Positions 1-8,891 of a DNA stretch of 64,000 nucleotides are shown here, in pieces (position 1 is the stretch's first letter; each line of letters begins with the position of its first letter). Made by a program: the position numbers and the translations under genes. Location: positions 104,076-168,075 of the IMG/VR virus record IMGVR_UViG_3300014208_000030; one strand, given 5' to 3'. Below the pieces are notes generated by a model. It saw nothing but the letters and a program-made list of their open reading frames with translations. It was not told where the DNA came from and did not search any database. Source of the DNA: a virus (Duplodnaviria; Heunggongvirae; Uroviricota; Caudoviricetes).

Positions 1-178
1 GGAAATTGATACAAATCAATGAGTTATGTAAAGAGCATCATAAGCCTATAAGAATCAATAACTTACAGGCACGGCAATAAATGCGCATAAAATCAGATAC
101 TTACAAGGCGCAAAATTACTGGCTACCAGCATAACACAAAAACCAGAAAAGCAAGCATTTTTATTTCAAAATAAAAAA

Positions 179-208
179 TTGACAATTAATAAAAAAGCCT
201 GATATGCT
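179..208 (+). promoter_or_regulatory. sigma70-like early promoter (TTGACA-18nt-TATGCT)
   Basis: TTGACA 179-184, 18-nt spacer, TATGCT 203-208; followed by leader aggaaccgcagaaATG similar to the conserved early-cassette leader. Confidence 0.45.
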
Positions 209-247
209 TTACCCAGACCAAAAAACAAATTAATAGGAACCGCAGAA

Positions 248-370
248 ATGAAAAACTCAAAAGTCAAGCTTATTAACAAGCAAGAAAAAATTGTTTCTTA
301 TATAGATATCAAGAATCTACCTAGACAAAAGATGATAGAGTTTTTAAGCTTGGGATATAGATTCGAATAA
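248..370 (+). CDS. small hypothetical early protein (40 aa; not in the supplied track, below its size cut-off)
   Basis: ATG 248 preceded by aggaacc SD-like leader; open to TAA 368-370; sits behind a sigma70-like promoter. Confidence 0.35.
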   Translation: MKNSKVKLINKQEKIVSYIDIKNLPRQKMIEFLSLGYRFE

Positions 371-390
371 TTCTTATTTTAAAATAAGAA

Positions 391-428
391 TTGACTTCAA
401 CGGGTTCACTTTGATATATTGAACCCGT
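391..428 (+). promoter_or_regulatory. early promoter cassette (PeSL-like): TTGACT-18-TATATT with 9-bp inverted repeat flanking the -10
   Basis: TTGACT 391-396, TATATT 415-420; acgggttca (400-408) / tgaacccgt (420-428) inverted repeat; conserved leader accaaaaaccac...aaaagg..ATG. Confidence 0.65.
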
Positions 429-468
429 ACCAAAAACCACTAATTAAACCACGTTAAAAGGGACCGTC

Positions 469-660
469 ATGCAAAACGAATATACACAATCCGAATTACT
501 GGCCTTATGGGATGCTTTAGGGGATATAGCTATTGATGATGATGAATGTATTGAAAGTGATTTTATTCATTTTGAGGCTGGTACTGATAGGTATATTATA
601 TGGCATTGGTTCGATGAAAAATATTCGTTAGGTGTTGCTCACTTACAAGGCTTATTTTAA
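469..660 (+). CDS. hypothetical early protein (63 aa)
   Basis: ORF directly downstream of early promoter cassette with SD aaaaggg 8 nt before ATG. Confidence 0.5.
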   Translation: MQNEYTQSELLALWDALGDIAIDDDECIESDFIHFEAGTDRYIIWHWFDEKYSLGVAHLQGLF

Positions 661-668
661 AATAAGAA

Positions 669-696
669 TTGACGCGGCCTAAAAATTCATTATTAT
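669..696 (+). promoter_or_regulatory. early promoter, variant cassette (TTGACG-16-TATTAT) with gcggc/gccgc inverted repeat
   Basis: TTGACG 669-674, TATTAT 691-696; preceded by palindromic ttattttaaaataaga; leader aaaaggaaaattaaccATG. Confidence 0.55.
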
Positions 697-737
697 AGCC
701 GCTCACCACAAAACAAAATTTAAAAGGAAAATTAACC

Positions 738-1247
738 ATGTCAAACATTACTTTTTATTCATTATCCGACTATAACAACGGCGCACTAATTCCATTTACT
801 ATTGAGCTTGACAACATATCAGAGGATGAGTTCAACATTGAAATACAAGAAAATCTAAAGAGAATAACCGAGGAAAAGCACGACGGTGAAGTAAGAGAAG
901 AATTAATTGTATGTGATTATGAGGATATCCCAGAACAGTATGTGAACGAATGGTCACTATCTAGTGAATTTTTTGAATATCAAAGATTAATACAAGATGA
1001 ACAGTTAGAGCCAGAAATGGTGCAAGCTGGCCTATATCTTGGAATACCAATCGAATCAATACAAGATTCATATCAAGGGCAGTTTGATAATGACAAAGAT
1101 TTTGCCTATGACGTGGCTGATTCTATGGGCGCGATAAATGAGAATGCTTCTTGGCCTAATGATTGTATAGACTGGAAAAGCGCTGCACGCGAATTAATGT
1201 GTGACTTCAATGAACACAACGGTTATTATTTTTCTAATAATTATTAA
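738..1247 (+). CDS. hypothetical acidic early protein (169 aa)
   Basis: ORF with SD aaaagga upstream; acidic composition. Confidence 0.55.
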   Translation: MSNITFYSLSDYNNGALIPFTIELDNISEDEFNIEIQENLKRITEEKHDGEVREELIVCDYEDIPEQYVNEWSLSSEFFEYQRLIQDEQLEPEMVQAGLYLGIPIESIQDSYQGQFDNDKDFAYDVADSMGAINENASWPNDCIDWKSAARELMCDFNEHNGYYFSNNY

Positions 1248-1250
1248 TAA

Positions 1251-1279
1251 TTGACACGGCTATAAAAATTCATTATAAT
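1251..1279 (+). promoter_or_regulatory. early promoter, variant cassette (TTGACA-17-TATAAT)
   Basis: TTGACA 1251-1256, TATAAT 1274-1279; near-identical to the 669 cassette incl. hairpin cggctat/ataggccg around -10 and leader aaaaggaaaattgaccATG. Confidence 0.6.
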
Positions 1280-1315
1280 AGGCCGCTTACAAACAATAAT
1301 AATTTAAAAGGAAAA

Positions 1316-1993
1316 TTGACCATGCTACGCTATCATTTAACGCCGTTTTCTGCGAATGCCAAAACGGGCCATATGCCCGTATCAACCTCAAGCGCGTTAA
1401 CGTGCCCACAAGCATGCCCACTAAAAGACAAGGGATGCTATGCAAAGTCTGGGCCGCTTGCTTTACACTGGCAAAAAGTTACCAATGGGGATCGCGGCTT
1501 AACTTTCGATGATTTTTGTACACTGATAAAAAAATTGGCGCGTGGTTCAATCTGGCGTCACAATCAAGCGGGGGACCTATCGGGTTCAAATGATATAATT
1601 GATACTAAAAAACTGGAACAATTAACCCAAGCCAATAAAGGCAAAAAAGGCTTTACATATACACATTATCCAATGAATTGTGAAAACAATATTAATGCGG
1701 TTAAGAATGCCAATAAAAACGGCTTTACAATCAATTTATCAGCCAATAACATTAAAGAAGCTGATACACTGAAAGCCTTGAATATTGCGCCGATTGTCAC
1801 TATCATGCCAATGGATGCAAAAAAAGTGAGCTATACGCCGCAAGGCAATAAAATTGTAATATGCCCAGCTCAAACAAGCGATAAAACCACGTGCAGTAAA
1901 TGCCAATTATGTCAAGTATCAGACCGCGCCTATATAATAGGCTTTTTGGCGCACGGATCAGCAAAAAAACACGTTAACAGTATAGCGGCCTAA
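1316..1993 (+). CDS. hypothetical Cys-rich early protein (225 aa)
   Basis: ORF behind promoter cassette; multiple Cys pairs (CPQACP...C, CSKCQLC). Confidence 0.55.
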   Translation: MTMLRYHLTPFSANAKTGHMPVSTSSALTCPQACPLKDKGCYAKSGPLALHWQKVTNGDRGLTFDDFCTLIKKLARGSIWRHNQAGDLSGSNDIIDTKKLEQLTQANKGKKGFTYTHYPMNCENNINAVKNANKNGFTINLSANNIKEADTLKALNIAPIVTIMPMDAKKVSYTPQGNKIVICPAQTSDKTTCSKCQLCQVSDRAYIIGFLAHGSAKKHVNSIAA

Positions 1994-2002
1994 AATAAAA
2001 GC

Positions 2003-2032
2003 TTGACTTCAACGGTTCTAGTTTGATAGACT
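2003..2032 (+). promoter_or_regulatory. early promoter cassette (PeSL-like), stem variant acggttctagt/actagaaccgt
   Basis: TTGACT 2003-2008; -10 TAGACT 2027-2032 inside hairpin; stem sequence differs from copy at 391 but complementarity is preserved. Confidence 0.6.
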
Positions 2033-2083
2033 AGAACCGTACCAAAAAACCACTTTAACCACGCTTTAAAAGGAACCGCGAAA

Positions 2084-2728
2084 ATGAAAACTCAAAAAGC
2101 CAAAAAAATCACTTTAGCCACTGTTAAAAGCTTTATCCGTAAAAATCAAGGTAAATTGTTTATAAAGACACAATCAAGCTTTTCAGGATATACGGATTGT
2201 GTTGAACAAATAGCGGGCGCAAAATTTGAACCCGCCGTTTTAACATCCGATAATATACAGCATACTATTGGTATTTCCGGCGCGTGGTTCGTGGGTTCGA
2301 GTCGTGATTATTTCAGACCGTTTGAAGACTCATTATATACTGGTATAGAAGTCGTTAATTCTTGCGGCTGTTTTACAATTGCCATTGAAAAGAACCAAAA
2401 AGAGAAGCCTTTTATTAGTTTCTATAGCAATGGAAATGTTATCTATTTTGGCACTAACGATAATAGAACAGGTTCGGAACCATTGACGGAACCATTCAAC
2501 ACGCATATAGAGAAAATAATAAAATCACTTGGGTTAGAAAATCCAGAGGTTGAAGTATTAAACAGACCTTTAATAGATAAAGGCTCAATTGCTGATATCT
2601 ATAACGTGAAACAATCAATTTTAGAGTTTCTCGCAGTCAATCGCATAAAAGACAAAGATAAAAAGAATATAATTGCCGATATTGAGCGCATAGTATATGC
2701 GGCGGTACAGAATGCAAAACAAAAATAA
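2084..2728 (+). CDS. hypothetical early protein (214 aa)
   Basis: ORF behind promoter cassette with conserved leader/SD. Confidence 0.55.
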   Translation: MKTQKAKKITLATVKSFIRKNQGKLFIKTQSSFSGYTDCVEQIAGAKFEPAVLTSDNIQHTIGISGAWFVGSSRDYFRPFEDSLYTGIEVVNSCGCFTIAIEKNQKEKPFISFYSNGNVIYFGTNDNRTGSEPLTEPFNTHIEKIIKSLGLENPEVEVLNRPLIDKGSIADIYNVKQSILEFLAVNRIKDKDKKNIIADIERIVYAAVQNAKQK

Positions 2729-2737
2729 AATAAAAGC

Positions 2738-2766
2738 TTGACTTTTACGGTTCTAGTTTGATATAT
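2738..2766 (+). promoter_or_regulatory. early promoter cassette (PeSL-like)
   Basis: TTGACT 2738-2743, TATATT 2761-2766; hairpin acggttctagt/tagaaccgt. Confidence 0.6.
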
Positions 2767-2816
2767 TAGAACCGTACCAAAAACCACAATCAACCACGTT
2801 AAAAGGAACCGCAAAA

Positions 2817-3011
2817 ATGAAAAACTTAAAATTGATTGAAAACTTTGTTAATGGCAATATCAGCGACGCGAAAAAAGCCGCAAAACGTGTAACCTTTGAA
2901 GCCTTAAAAGAATCATTTACAGAATATGGATTTTCAGATAATAAGGCTCAAGCATCAATGATGTTTTTGAAAAATAAAGGCTCTTTTCAGGATGCTTGCG
3001 ACGCTGAATAA
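2817..3011 (+). CDS. hypothetical early protein (64 aa)
   Basis: ORF behind promoter cassette. Confidence 0.5.
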   Translation: MKNLKLIENFVNGNISDAKKAAKRVTFEALKESFTEYGFSDNKAQASMMFLKNKGSFQDACDAE

Positions 3012-3017
3012 AAAGAC

Positions 3018-3047
3018 TTGACTTCAACGGGTTCACTTTGATATATT
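3018..3047 (+). promoter_or_regulatory. early promoter cassette (PeSL-like)
   Basis: TTGACT 3018-3023, TATATT 3042-3047, hairpin identical to copy at 391. Confidence 0.65.
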
Positions 3048-3094
3048 GAACCCGTACCAAAAAACCACAATCAACCACGTTAAAAGGAACCGTC

Positions 3095-3697
3095 ATGCCT
3101 AGAACAATTACTGAAACTTTTCAAGTTTTCACCATAGCCGAATTATCCGAATCAGCCAAGCAAAAAGCCTATGAAGAATTTTTAGAAAATTGCCTTTTTG
3201 AAGACTGGGCAGAATTCATTATTGCCGACGCCAAAACAATCGGCGCGTTAATCGGCATTAACATAGATAAAGTTTATTTTTCTGGGTTCTCTTCTCAAGG
3301 GGATGGTGCCTGTTTTGAAGGCTCTTATGAGTATAAAAAAGGCTGGAAAAAAGCGCTTAAAGAATACGCGCCAAATTGTAAAGAAGTTCTAGAAATTGCC
3401 CAAGGCTTGCAAGCTTTACAGTCAACAAATTTCTATAAATTGTCGGCTCAAGTAGTTCAGAGCGGCCACTATAACCATTCAGGATGTACAAGTATTGAAG
3501 TAACAGAGAAAGAAACCGGCTATTCTATAGGGGATGATATAGAAGAAGAAATGAAAAGCCTTTTACGTGATTTTATGGATTGGATATATAAGAGCCTTGA
3601 AACTGAATATGAGTATCAGACAAGTGAAAAAGCCTTTTTAGATGATGCCGAAGCAAACGAAAGAGAATACTACGAAAACGGCACCATGTATTTTTAA
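3095..3697 (+). CDS. hypothetical early protein (200 aa)
   Basis: ORF behind promoter cassette. Confidence 0.55.
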   Translation: MPRTITETFQVFTIAELSESAKQKAYEEFLENCLFEDWAEFIIADAKTIGALIGINIDKVYFSGFSSQGDGACFEGSYEYKKGWKKALKEYAPNCKEVLEIAQGLQALQSTNFYKLSAQVVQSGHYNHSGCTSIEVTEKETGYSIGDDIEEEMKSLLRDFMDWIYKSLETEYEYQTSEKAFLDDAEANEREYYENGTMYF

Positions 3698-3703
3698 AAA
3701 AGC

Positions 3704-3733
3704 TTGACTTCAACGGGTTCAGTTTGATGTATT
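3704..3733 (+). promoter_or_regulatory. early promoter cassette (PeSL-like)
   Basis: TTGACT 3704-3709; -10 TGTATT 3728-3733; hairpin acgggttcag/tagaacccgt. Confidence 0.55.
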
Positions 3734-3773
3734 AGAACCCGTACCAAAAACCACGTTAAAAGGAACCGCGAAA

Positions 3774-3980
3774 ATGAATCATTTAAACTATACTGATAAA
3801 GACAATAATAACTTTGTTCTAGTCTTTCATCCTTATGTAAAAGGAAATAGCGCGTGTGCTGGTTGTGCGTTTAAATTCGCTAATAGTTCAGCATGTCAAG
3901 CAGCAAAAACCTGCACGCCGAAAGACAATGACGGGAACCGATTAGTATCGGCAGGTTATGTGTGGAAGCTGGTAGATTAA
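3774..3980 (+). CDS. hypothetical early protein (68 aa, Cys-containing)
   Basis: ORF behind promoter cassette. Confidence 0.5.
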   Translation: MNHLNYTDKDNNNFVLVFHPYVKGNSACAGCAFKFANSSACQAAKTCTPKDNDGNRLVSAGYVWKLVD

Positions 3981-4067
3981 CCCATAAAAATGCATTCTAA
4001 GGCACGAAAACAAAAAACTGATACAATCATAAGCCTAACACCATAAACCACGCATAAAGGAACGAAA

Positions 4068-4277
4068 ATGACCGTTATCTATCAAACTGAAGTGATTAAA
4101 CAGGGAAATGATTTAATCCAAGTGAAAGTCAATTATCAAAAAATTTATTCAGAGTACCAATGCAAAGTCTATGTGAATGGATTAGTGAGAACCCAAGCAA
4201 CATATTATACGCCGGATGAAACCGACGCATTGAGCACGGCAAAAAGAATGCTCTTTGATTATAATCCAGAAAAATAA
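4068..4277 (+). CDS. hypothetical early protein (69 aa)
   Basis: ORF with SD aaagga; only partial cassette upstream. Confidence 0.45.
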   Translation: MTVIYQTEVIKQGNDLIQVKVNYQKIYSEYQCKVYVNGLVRTQATYYTPDETDALSTAKRMLFDYNPEK

Positions 4278-4281
4278 AAGC

Positions 4282-4311
4282 TTGACTTTCGTTAAGGCTC
4301 TTTGATACACT
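4282..4311 (+). promoter_or_regulatory. early promoter cassette (divergent copy)
   Basis: TTGACT 4282-4287, TACACT 4306-4311; conserved leader accaaaaaaccac...aaaggaaccgcgaaaATG. Confidence 0.5.
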
Positions 4312-4352
4312 AGACCCGTACCAAAAAACCACAACCAAAAGGAACCGCGAAA

Positions 4353-4772
4353 ATGTCAAACATAACCATAAGTCTAGCCAGTTTAGTTAAGAACAATAAA
4401 GGATTATTCAAAAGTGAAAAGCAAGCTACGTTCCTATTAAGCATGTGTGATTCTAACCATGAATACTACGCACAGAATTTAGCCGGTAGTACACTTGTCT
4501 ACTTGCTAGATGATAAAGGCATCCTCAAGGTTACTAAAATTACACCTAAAAACAATACAGTGACTTTTGACCGTAACATAAACCCTAATATTGAGATAGG
4601 TAAGAAGTTAAAACGATTAATTAATGCCATTAAGAAAAGTATTGATGAAAGAGAAGCGCAAAAAGATAGCTATAATACGCCAGAACTGTTAGAATTATAT
4701 AATAATTGTGCGGCAATTGAAGCCAAGAACCTTGCAAGCTACGAACAACAATTAAATGAGTTAGAGTTATGA
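4353..4772 (+). CDS. hypothetical early protein (139 aa)
   Basis: ORF behind promoter cassette. Confidence 0.55.
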   Translation: MSNITISLASLVKNNKGLFKSEKQATFLLSMCDSNHEYYAQNLAGSTLVYLLDDKGILKVTKITPKNNTVTFDRNINPNIEIGKKLKRLINAIKKSIDEREAQKDSYNTPELLELYNNCAAIEAKNLASYEQQLNELEL

Positions 4773-4961
4773 TTAGTTATGCATACTGCATTGTTATCCG
4801 CCCTGTTAGACGTTATGAATCTAATCCCAGGGGTACAATATATCACCGATATGCAACATTAGAGCAAGCTAAACAGGACGCCAAAGAGTTAAGCGCTAAT
4901 GATCGCCTAAATGATTACTGGGCAATGTCTGTTAGTGAATTTTAAAAAGGAACCACAAAAA

Positions 4962-5441
4962 ATGAAAATCATACATAATAAATTGTGCTCTTTCGTACAA
5001 GGCAAACCAAGCGAGTCACGCAAAATTAATGAGTGGTGCGCCAATATGAAAAAATTGAATAACGATTTTATGATAATGGTAGATGATAGCGATGATCAGG
5101 AAATAAGCTTGACAATCATAATCAGCCACACTACACAAAAAGAAAGAAGCGAATATGCAGCTAGAGCTAAAGCAATGTTAAAGGAACTCACAAATAAACA
5201 AGAAAAAGAAACCATCAAGCAGATAGAAGAAAGAATTAAAAGTATAAAGTCTATCGCAATACGTACACTAGCATTAACGTTATTAGAAGAAAATAATCTT
5301 GTCGGATTAACATACTATGTGTTAGGCGTATTCAATACCATGTCTAGCCGCAATATTGATGAGTTAACCCTTAATGCAATCATTAAGCTAATGAAAACAC
5401 TAGAGCCATCTAGTACCATATTAAAAAAGCTGAAAACTTGA
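4962..5441 (+). CDS. hypothetical protein (159 aa; start moved to ATG 4962)
   Basis: Internal ATG preceded by aaaaggaaccacaaaaa SD/leader matching other early genes; track start 4911 lacks RBS. Confidence 0.5.
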   Translation: MKIIHNKLCSFVQGKPSESRKINEWCANMKKLNNDFMIMVDDSDDQEISLTIIISHTTQKERSEYAARAKAMLKELTNKQEKETIKQIEERIKSIKSIAIRTLALTLLEENNLVGLTYYVLGVFNTMSSRNIDELTLNAIIKLMKTLEPSSTILKKLKT

Positions 5442-5632
5442 GAATCTAACAGGCAAAAAATGCCTTACATGCCACGTATATTCTCAAGGTATATGATGGC
5501 ATGGCTTTTCTGAATACGTGGCATAGTGAGCCTTATATGATGTTACCAAATAGCATAAAAATGGATGTTATAATATAACATTGCAAAAATTCTGCTATGG
5601 TGTAAAAGTAGGGTTTCTGGCCTTTTATGAAC

Positions 5633-5672
5633 ATATGCCCGTATATGCCCGTATATGCCCGTATATGCCCGT
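5633..5672. repeat. tandem 10-bp repeat ATATGCCCGT x4, followed by atgccc/gggcat hairpin
   Basis: four perfect head-to-tail copies read directly. Confidence 0.9.
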
Positions 5673-5833
5673 AAGGGCATGCTTGCGCCCACGCACATTC
5701 CCAAGGTTTTGTCAACATTTTCCCAAAAACCCGCCAACATTTTCCCAAAATCTACCAATTTTCCACCAAAATCCACTCCAAAGAACCCTCAAAACACATT
5801 TCTAACCATTTGTCAAGGAGTTTTCCCAAAAAC

Positions 5834-5912
5834 CCACTTTTCATAAGTCTTTGATTCTGTTCAACAAAAGTAACTTTTTACCTAATAGGTTTTTTGAAAT
5901 ATTAGCTTGACA
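5834..5912. repeat. ~78-bp direct repeat copy 1 (ccacttttcataagt...cctaataggttttttga)
   Basis: near-identical second copy at 6103-6180. Confidence 0.85.
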
Positions 5913-6102
5913 AAAGCGCGGGAATATGCCTCAAAAACTACCTGTTTGCCATATGTGACACATTATTTTTGCTAAAAGCTTGACAATTGTCTCAAAATCT
6001 GCCTAAGAACCAATTTTTGCATCGCGTGTGTAGTTCTTGAGCATGTTTTTGGTTGTTTGTCAAGCATATTAGCAAGAAATATGGCCTAGGTTACCAAAAA
6101 AG

Positions 6103-6180
6103 CCACTTTTCATAAGTGATTGATTATAAACGATAAAAGTTACTTTTTACCTAATAGGTTTTTTGATATTTTGCTTGTCT
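6103..6180. repeat. ~78-bp direct repeat copy 2
   Basis: matches 5834-5912 with a few substitutions. Confidence 0.85.
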
Positions 6181-6227
6181 TATTTGTAGTTTTGTGTTAT
6201 ACTATTCTGTTAACAAATTTCTAAAAT

Positions 6228-6608
6228 ATGGGAGTATCAATGGCTAAACAAGATTATACAAAATCAAGATGTTACATAGACGGGAGAAGCAACCACAAAA
6301 ATTATGCCATATACATATCAATGATAGCAAGGTGCTACAACAAAGACTGCAAACAATACAAGAACTATGGATGGCGTGGGATAAGGATATGTGACAGCTG
6401 GTTAAATGATTTTTGGGAGTTTGTCAAGGATATGGGAGAAAAGCCATACAAAATGACCTTAGATAGAATAGATAACGATGGCAATTACTGCCCAAGCAAT
6501 TGCAAATGGAGTACACAAAAGGAGCAAGCAAACAACACGAGAACGACTAGCAAAACGAGTGCAAGAAACAGATATAGGCGGCTATTCCCGCAAGTTAAGT
6601 TCAAATGA
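6228..6608 (+). CDS. small basic protein with HNH_3-type homing-endonuclease-associated motif (LDRIDNDGNYCPSNCKWST); catalytic His pair not evident
   Basis: Motif YKNYGWRGI..C..W....F...MG.......LDRIDNDGNY.P.NC.W.T..EQ is common in free-standing phage HNH-family genes; embedded in repeat-rich non-coding DNA. Confidence 0.5.
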   Translation: MGVSMAKQDYTKSRCYIDGRSNHKNYAIYISMIARCYNKDCKQYKNYGWRGIRICDSWLNDFWEFVKDMGEKPYKMTLDRIDNDGNYCPSNCKWSTQKEQANNTRTTSKTSARNRYRRLFPQVKFK

Positions 6609-6609
6609 A

Positions 6610-6870
6610 ATATTAGCTTGACAACCTACTGGCAATATGCTTGCCAGTGATTATTAAGAAAATGCTTGACAAATAGCTTGGGAAATGCTTGAGAATCTGT
6701 TTAGACTAGGCGGGATGCTTGGCAGGTGTTTAGCAAAAAGCTTGCCAAAATGATTTGTCAAGTAATATTTTGAAGCAGGTTGATGCATAGTTTTTATTGT
6801 TTGTCAAGTAGTTTTCGCTTGGGTTATTTGCGGGGAGTGGTTCGAAAAAGCTTGACAAAGTGAGAAAAAA
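6610..6870. repeat. cluster of ~12 GCTTGnnA (mostly GCTTGACA) motifs in both orientations
   Basis: gcttgaca/gcttgcca/gcttggga/gcttgaga/tgtcaagt copies counted by eye in a 260-bp non-coding stretch; more copies at 5906, 5980, 6055. Confidence 0.7.
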
Positions 6871-7037
6871 CAGTATAGGGAGCTTGGATGGAGCGCGTCA
6901 GCGCGAGCCCTAGCTCACGCCAGTCTATCTGTTTGAAAAATTTTTCCGACCAAATATTCTGGCACCAAAAACCATTCCTGTAAAGTCACTTCCAAAATTT
7001 TTTTCTCCAGGATATTCCATACCAAATTTTCAACCCT

Positions 7038-8849
7038 TCAGTATCCCACAGCCTCTTCAAAAGTGCAACCAAAATTATTCCATGACTGTATCTCCAATCG
7101 CATGGTATCCAGCCGCTCAAAATTTGCCATAATATATTCCATATCAGACTCAAAAAATGGTGTAATCTCACCAGTGGTTTCACAGACAGTATATGGCATG
7201 TGATTTCGCTTCTCCCAATTCTTTCCTTTCAATGTCGGGCGAAAATTTGTATAATGATTAAGTGCAAGCACTTGCTCTATAGTCGTCGCGCAAGATACCG
7301 GAAAATAATGATCATAATGCCAGTCTCCTTGATTGTGCCAACCAATACCATCAGTGAATTGACTCTCAATAAACTCATAAAATACTTCCATAGAGCAGCC
7401 CAATATGGCTTCCGTCTTTTCTGTTTTTGGGTGTCCCGTTCGTCTGATACCGGAACTTATTAGTGATCGAACTCGTGTGGTGAACATAGCAACCGGATCA
7501 GATCGTCGTCGCTGGCGCTCTCTAGCATACTTGCGTTTCCTTGCTTCTGGTGATAGGTTTTTATTATTTTCTCTGGCAGTTTCCTTAGCCTCCTGTCGCT
7601 TCTTATCGGCATGCTCGGCGAGTTCATCTGGAGTCATTCCGAGTAGTGGGTTTCTGCAAATTGGACATTTGCCTCCGGCAATATGTGATGCTGGCATCTG
7701 CTCGAACTCTCCATGTACTTTACATACGATAATGACTTTAGCTGTCGCTTTGATTACCACAGACTTCGAGTAGTCATATAACTCTCCATGTTGTGCTGTG
7801 GCTCGCTTGATGAACTCGCCTTGGCTCATCGTCCGTGATGCTAGGGCACACTTTGGGCAGTTTGATCCGGATGAGTGTGCGGAAGCGGTTTGGTTAAACT
7901 CACCGTGTATTTTGCATATGATGGTAATCTGCTGCCCAATAGCTACGTAATCTACTTTTGAGTAATCGTACCGATCGCCATGCGTCAGTTGCGATCGCCT
8001 AATAAACTCTTCACATGCTATTGTCTGTAGCGACATTGAGCAAGCCGCACAACCCTTACCTCGGATATGCGCATTTGCTCGTTGACTGAACTCACCATGA
8101 TCCGGACAAATTATTATTACGTTGGCCTGAGTGTGTTTGTAGTCTACTTTAGAATAATCATATCGGTCGCCGTGCACCTCCTTTGAGCGTGCAATGAAAT
8201 CTTCGTGTGAGAGTTTATTTGGCGGCTCGATCCCAGCGCCGATCCGGCTACCTTCCTTGGCGCACTCGCTACACCCAGCACCTTTGGTGTGGTTTGATGG
8301 TCTCTGCGAAAATACACCATGCGTTTTGCATATGATCTTCACCGGTGTATTGGCATCTACATACACAACATTAGAATAATCGTATCGATCGCCATGCTTT
8401 TTGGTCACTCTCTTAATGAATTCTTCGGTTGATATTGGCTGCACTCTCTTGCAATTTTCTCTTGCGCACTTGCTACACCCAGAACTCTTTATGTGCCCAT
8501 ACATAAGCTGCGAAAAGGCCCCATGCACTTTGCATATAATGGTTACTGGCGTTTTAGCGTCAACGTAATCAACTTGCGAGTAATCGAAGCGATCACCATG
8601 TACGGCAATGGCCTTCTGTACCATAGTTTCCGTCTTCTGCTTCGGTTGTTTCGGCGTGGGTGTCTTCTGTGGCACCTTCGGTACATATCTATAATACCCA
8701 GCAACCTTTTCGCTATTATTTGCGATCCATTCGGTACTATAGGCTTTGGCGCATGTTTTGCACTTATTAGAAATGCCACTTTTCATAGATGGCTGTTTAT
8801 AATACTCACCCAATGACTTCTCAATACCGCATGCTTTACATTTCTTCAT
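7038..8849 (-). CDS. HNH endonuclease with six tandem ~47-aa Cys/His repeat modules (start moved to MKKCKACG)
   Basis: C-terminal DWHYDHYFPVS...NHYTNFRPTLKGKNWEKRNH = HNH motif; six repeats of F..R...HGDRYDYS.V.Y......V.IICK.HG.F.Q....H..G.GC..C. Confidence 0.75.
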   Translation of the reverse strand: MKKCKACGIEKSLGEYYKQPSMKSGISNKCKTCAKAYSTEWIANNSEKVAGYYRYVPKVPQKTPTPKQPKQKTETMVQKAIAVHGDRFDYSQVDYVDAKTPVTIICKVHGAFSQLMYGHIKSSGCSKCARENCKRVQPISTEEFIKRVTKKHGDRYDYSNVVYVDANTPVKIICKTHGVFSQRPSNHTKGAGCSECAKEGSRIGAGIEPPNKLSHEDFIARSKEVHGDRYDYSKVDYKHTQANVIIICPDHGEFSQRANAHIRGKGCAACSMSLQTIACEEFIRRSQLTHGDRYDYSKVDYVAIGQQITIICKIHGEFNQTASAHSSGSNCPKCALASRTMSQGEFIKRATAQHGELYDYSKSVVIKATAKVIIVCKVHGEFEQMPASHIAGGKCPICRNPLLGMTPDELAEHADKKRQEAKETARENNKNLSPEARKRKYARERQRRRSDPVAMFTTRVRSLISSGIRRTGHPKTEKTEAILGCSMEVFYEFIESQFTDGIGWHNQGDWHYDHYFPVSCATTIEQVLALNHYTNFRPTLKGKNWEKRNHMPYTVCETTGEITPFFESDMEYIMANFERLDTMRLEIQSWNNFGCTFEEAVGY

Positions 8850-8891
8850 AATTTCTATTGTTATTTTAAAACAAGACTTCCGCCACATTTA

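Noticed and set aside
2599-2814. 71-aa - strand ORF
   Set aside because: Antisense to 2084-2728 and to an early promoter cassette.
5633-5672. Possible CRISPR array
   Set aside because: Only four 10-bp head-to-tail repeats with no spacers; not a CRISPR.
5533-5846. Four overlapping 63-77-aa ORFs on both strands
   Set aside because: Lie entirely within tandem/direct repeats (ATATGCCCGT x4, ttttcccaaaa x3); translations are repeat artefacts.
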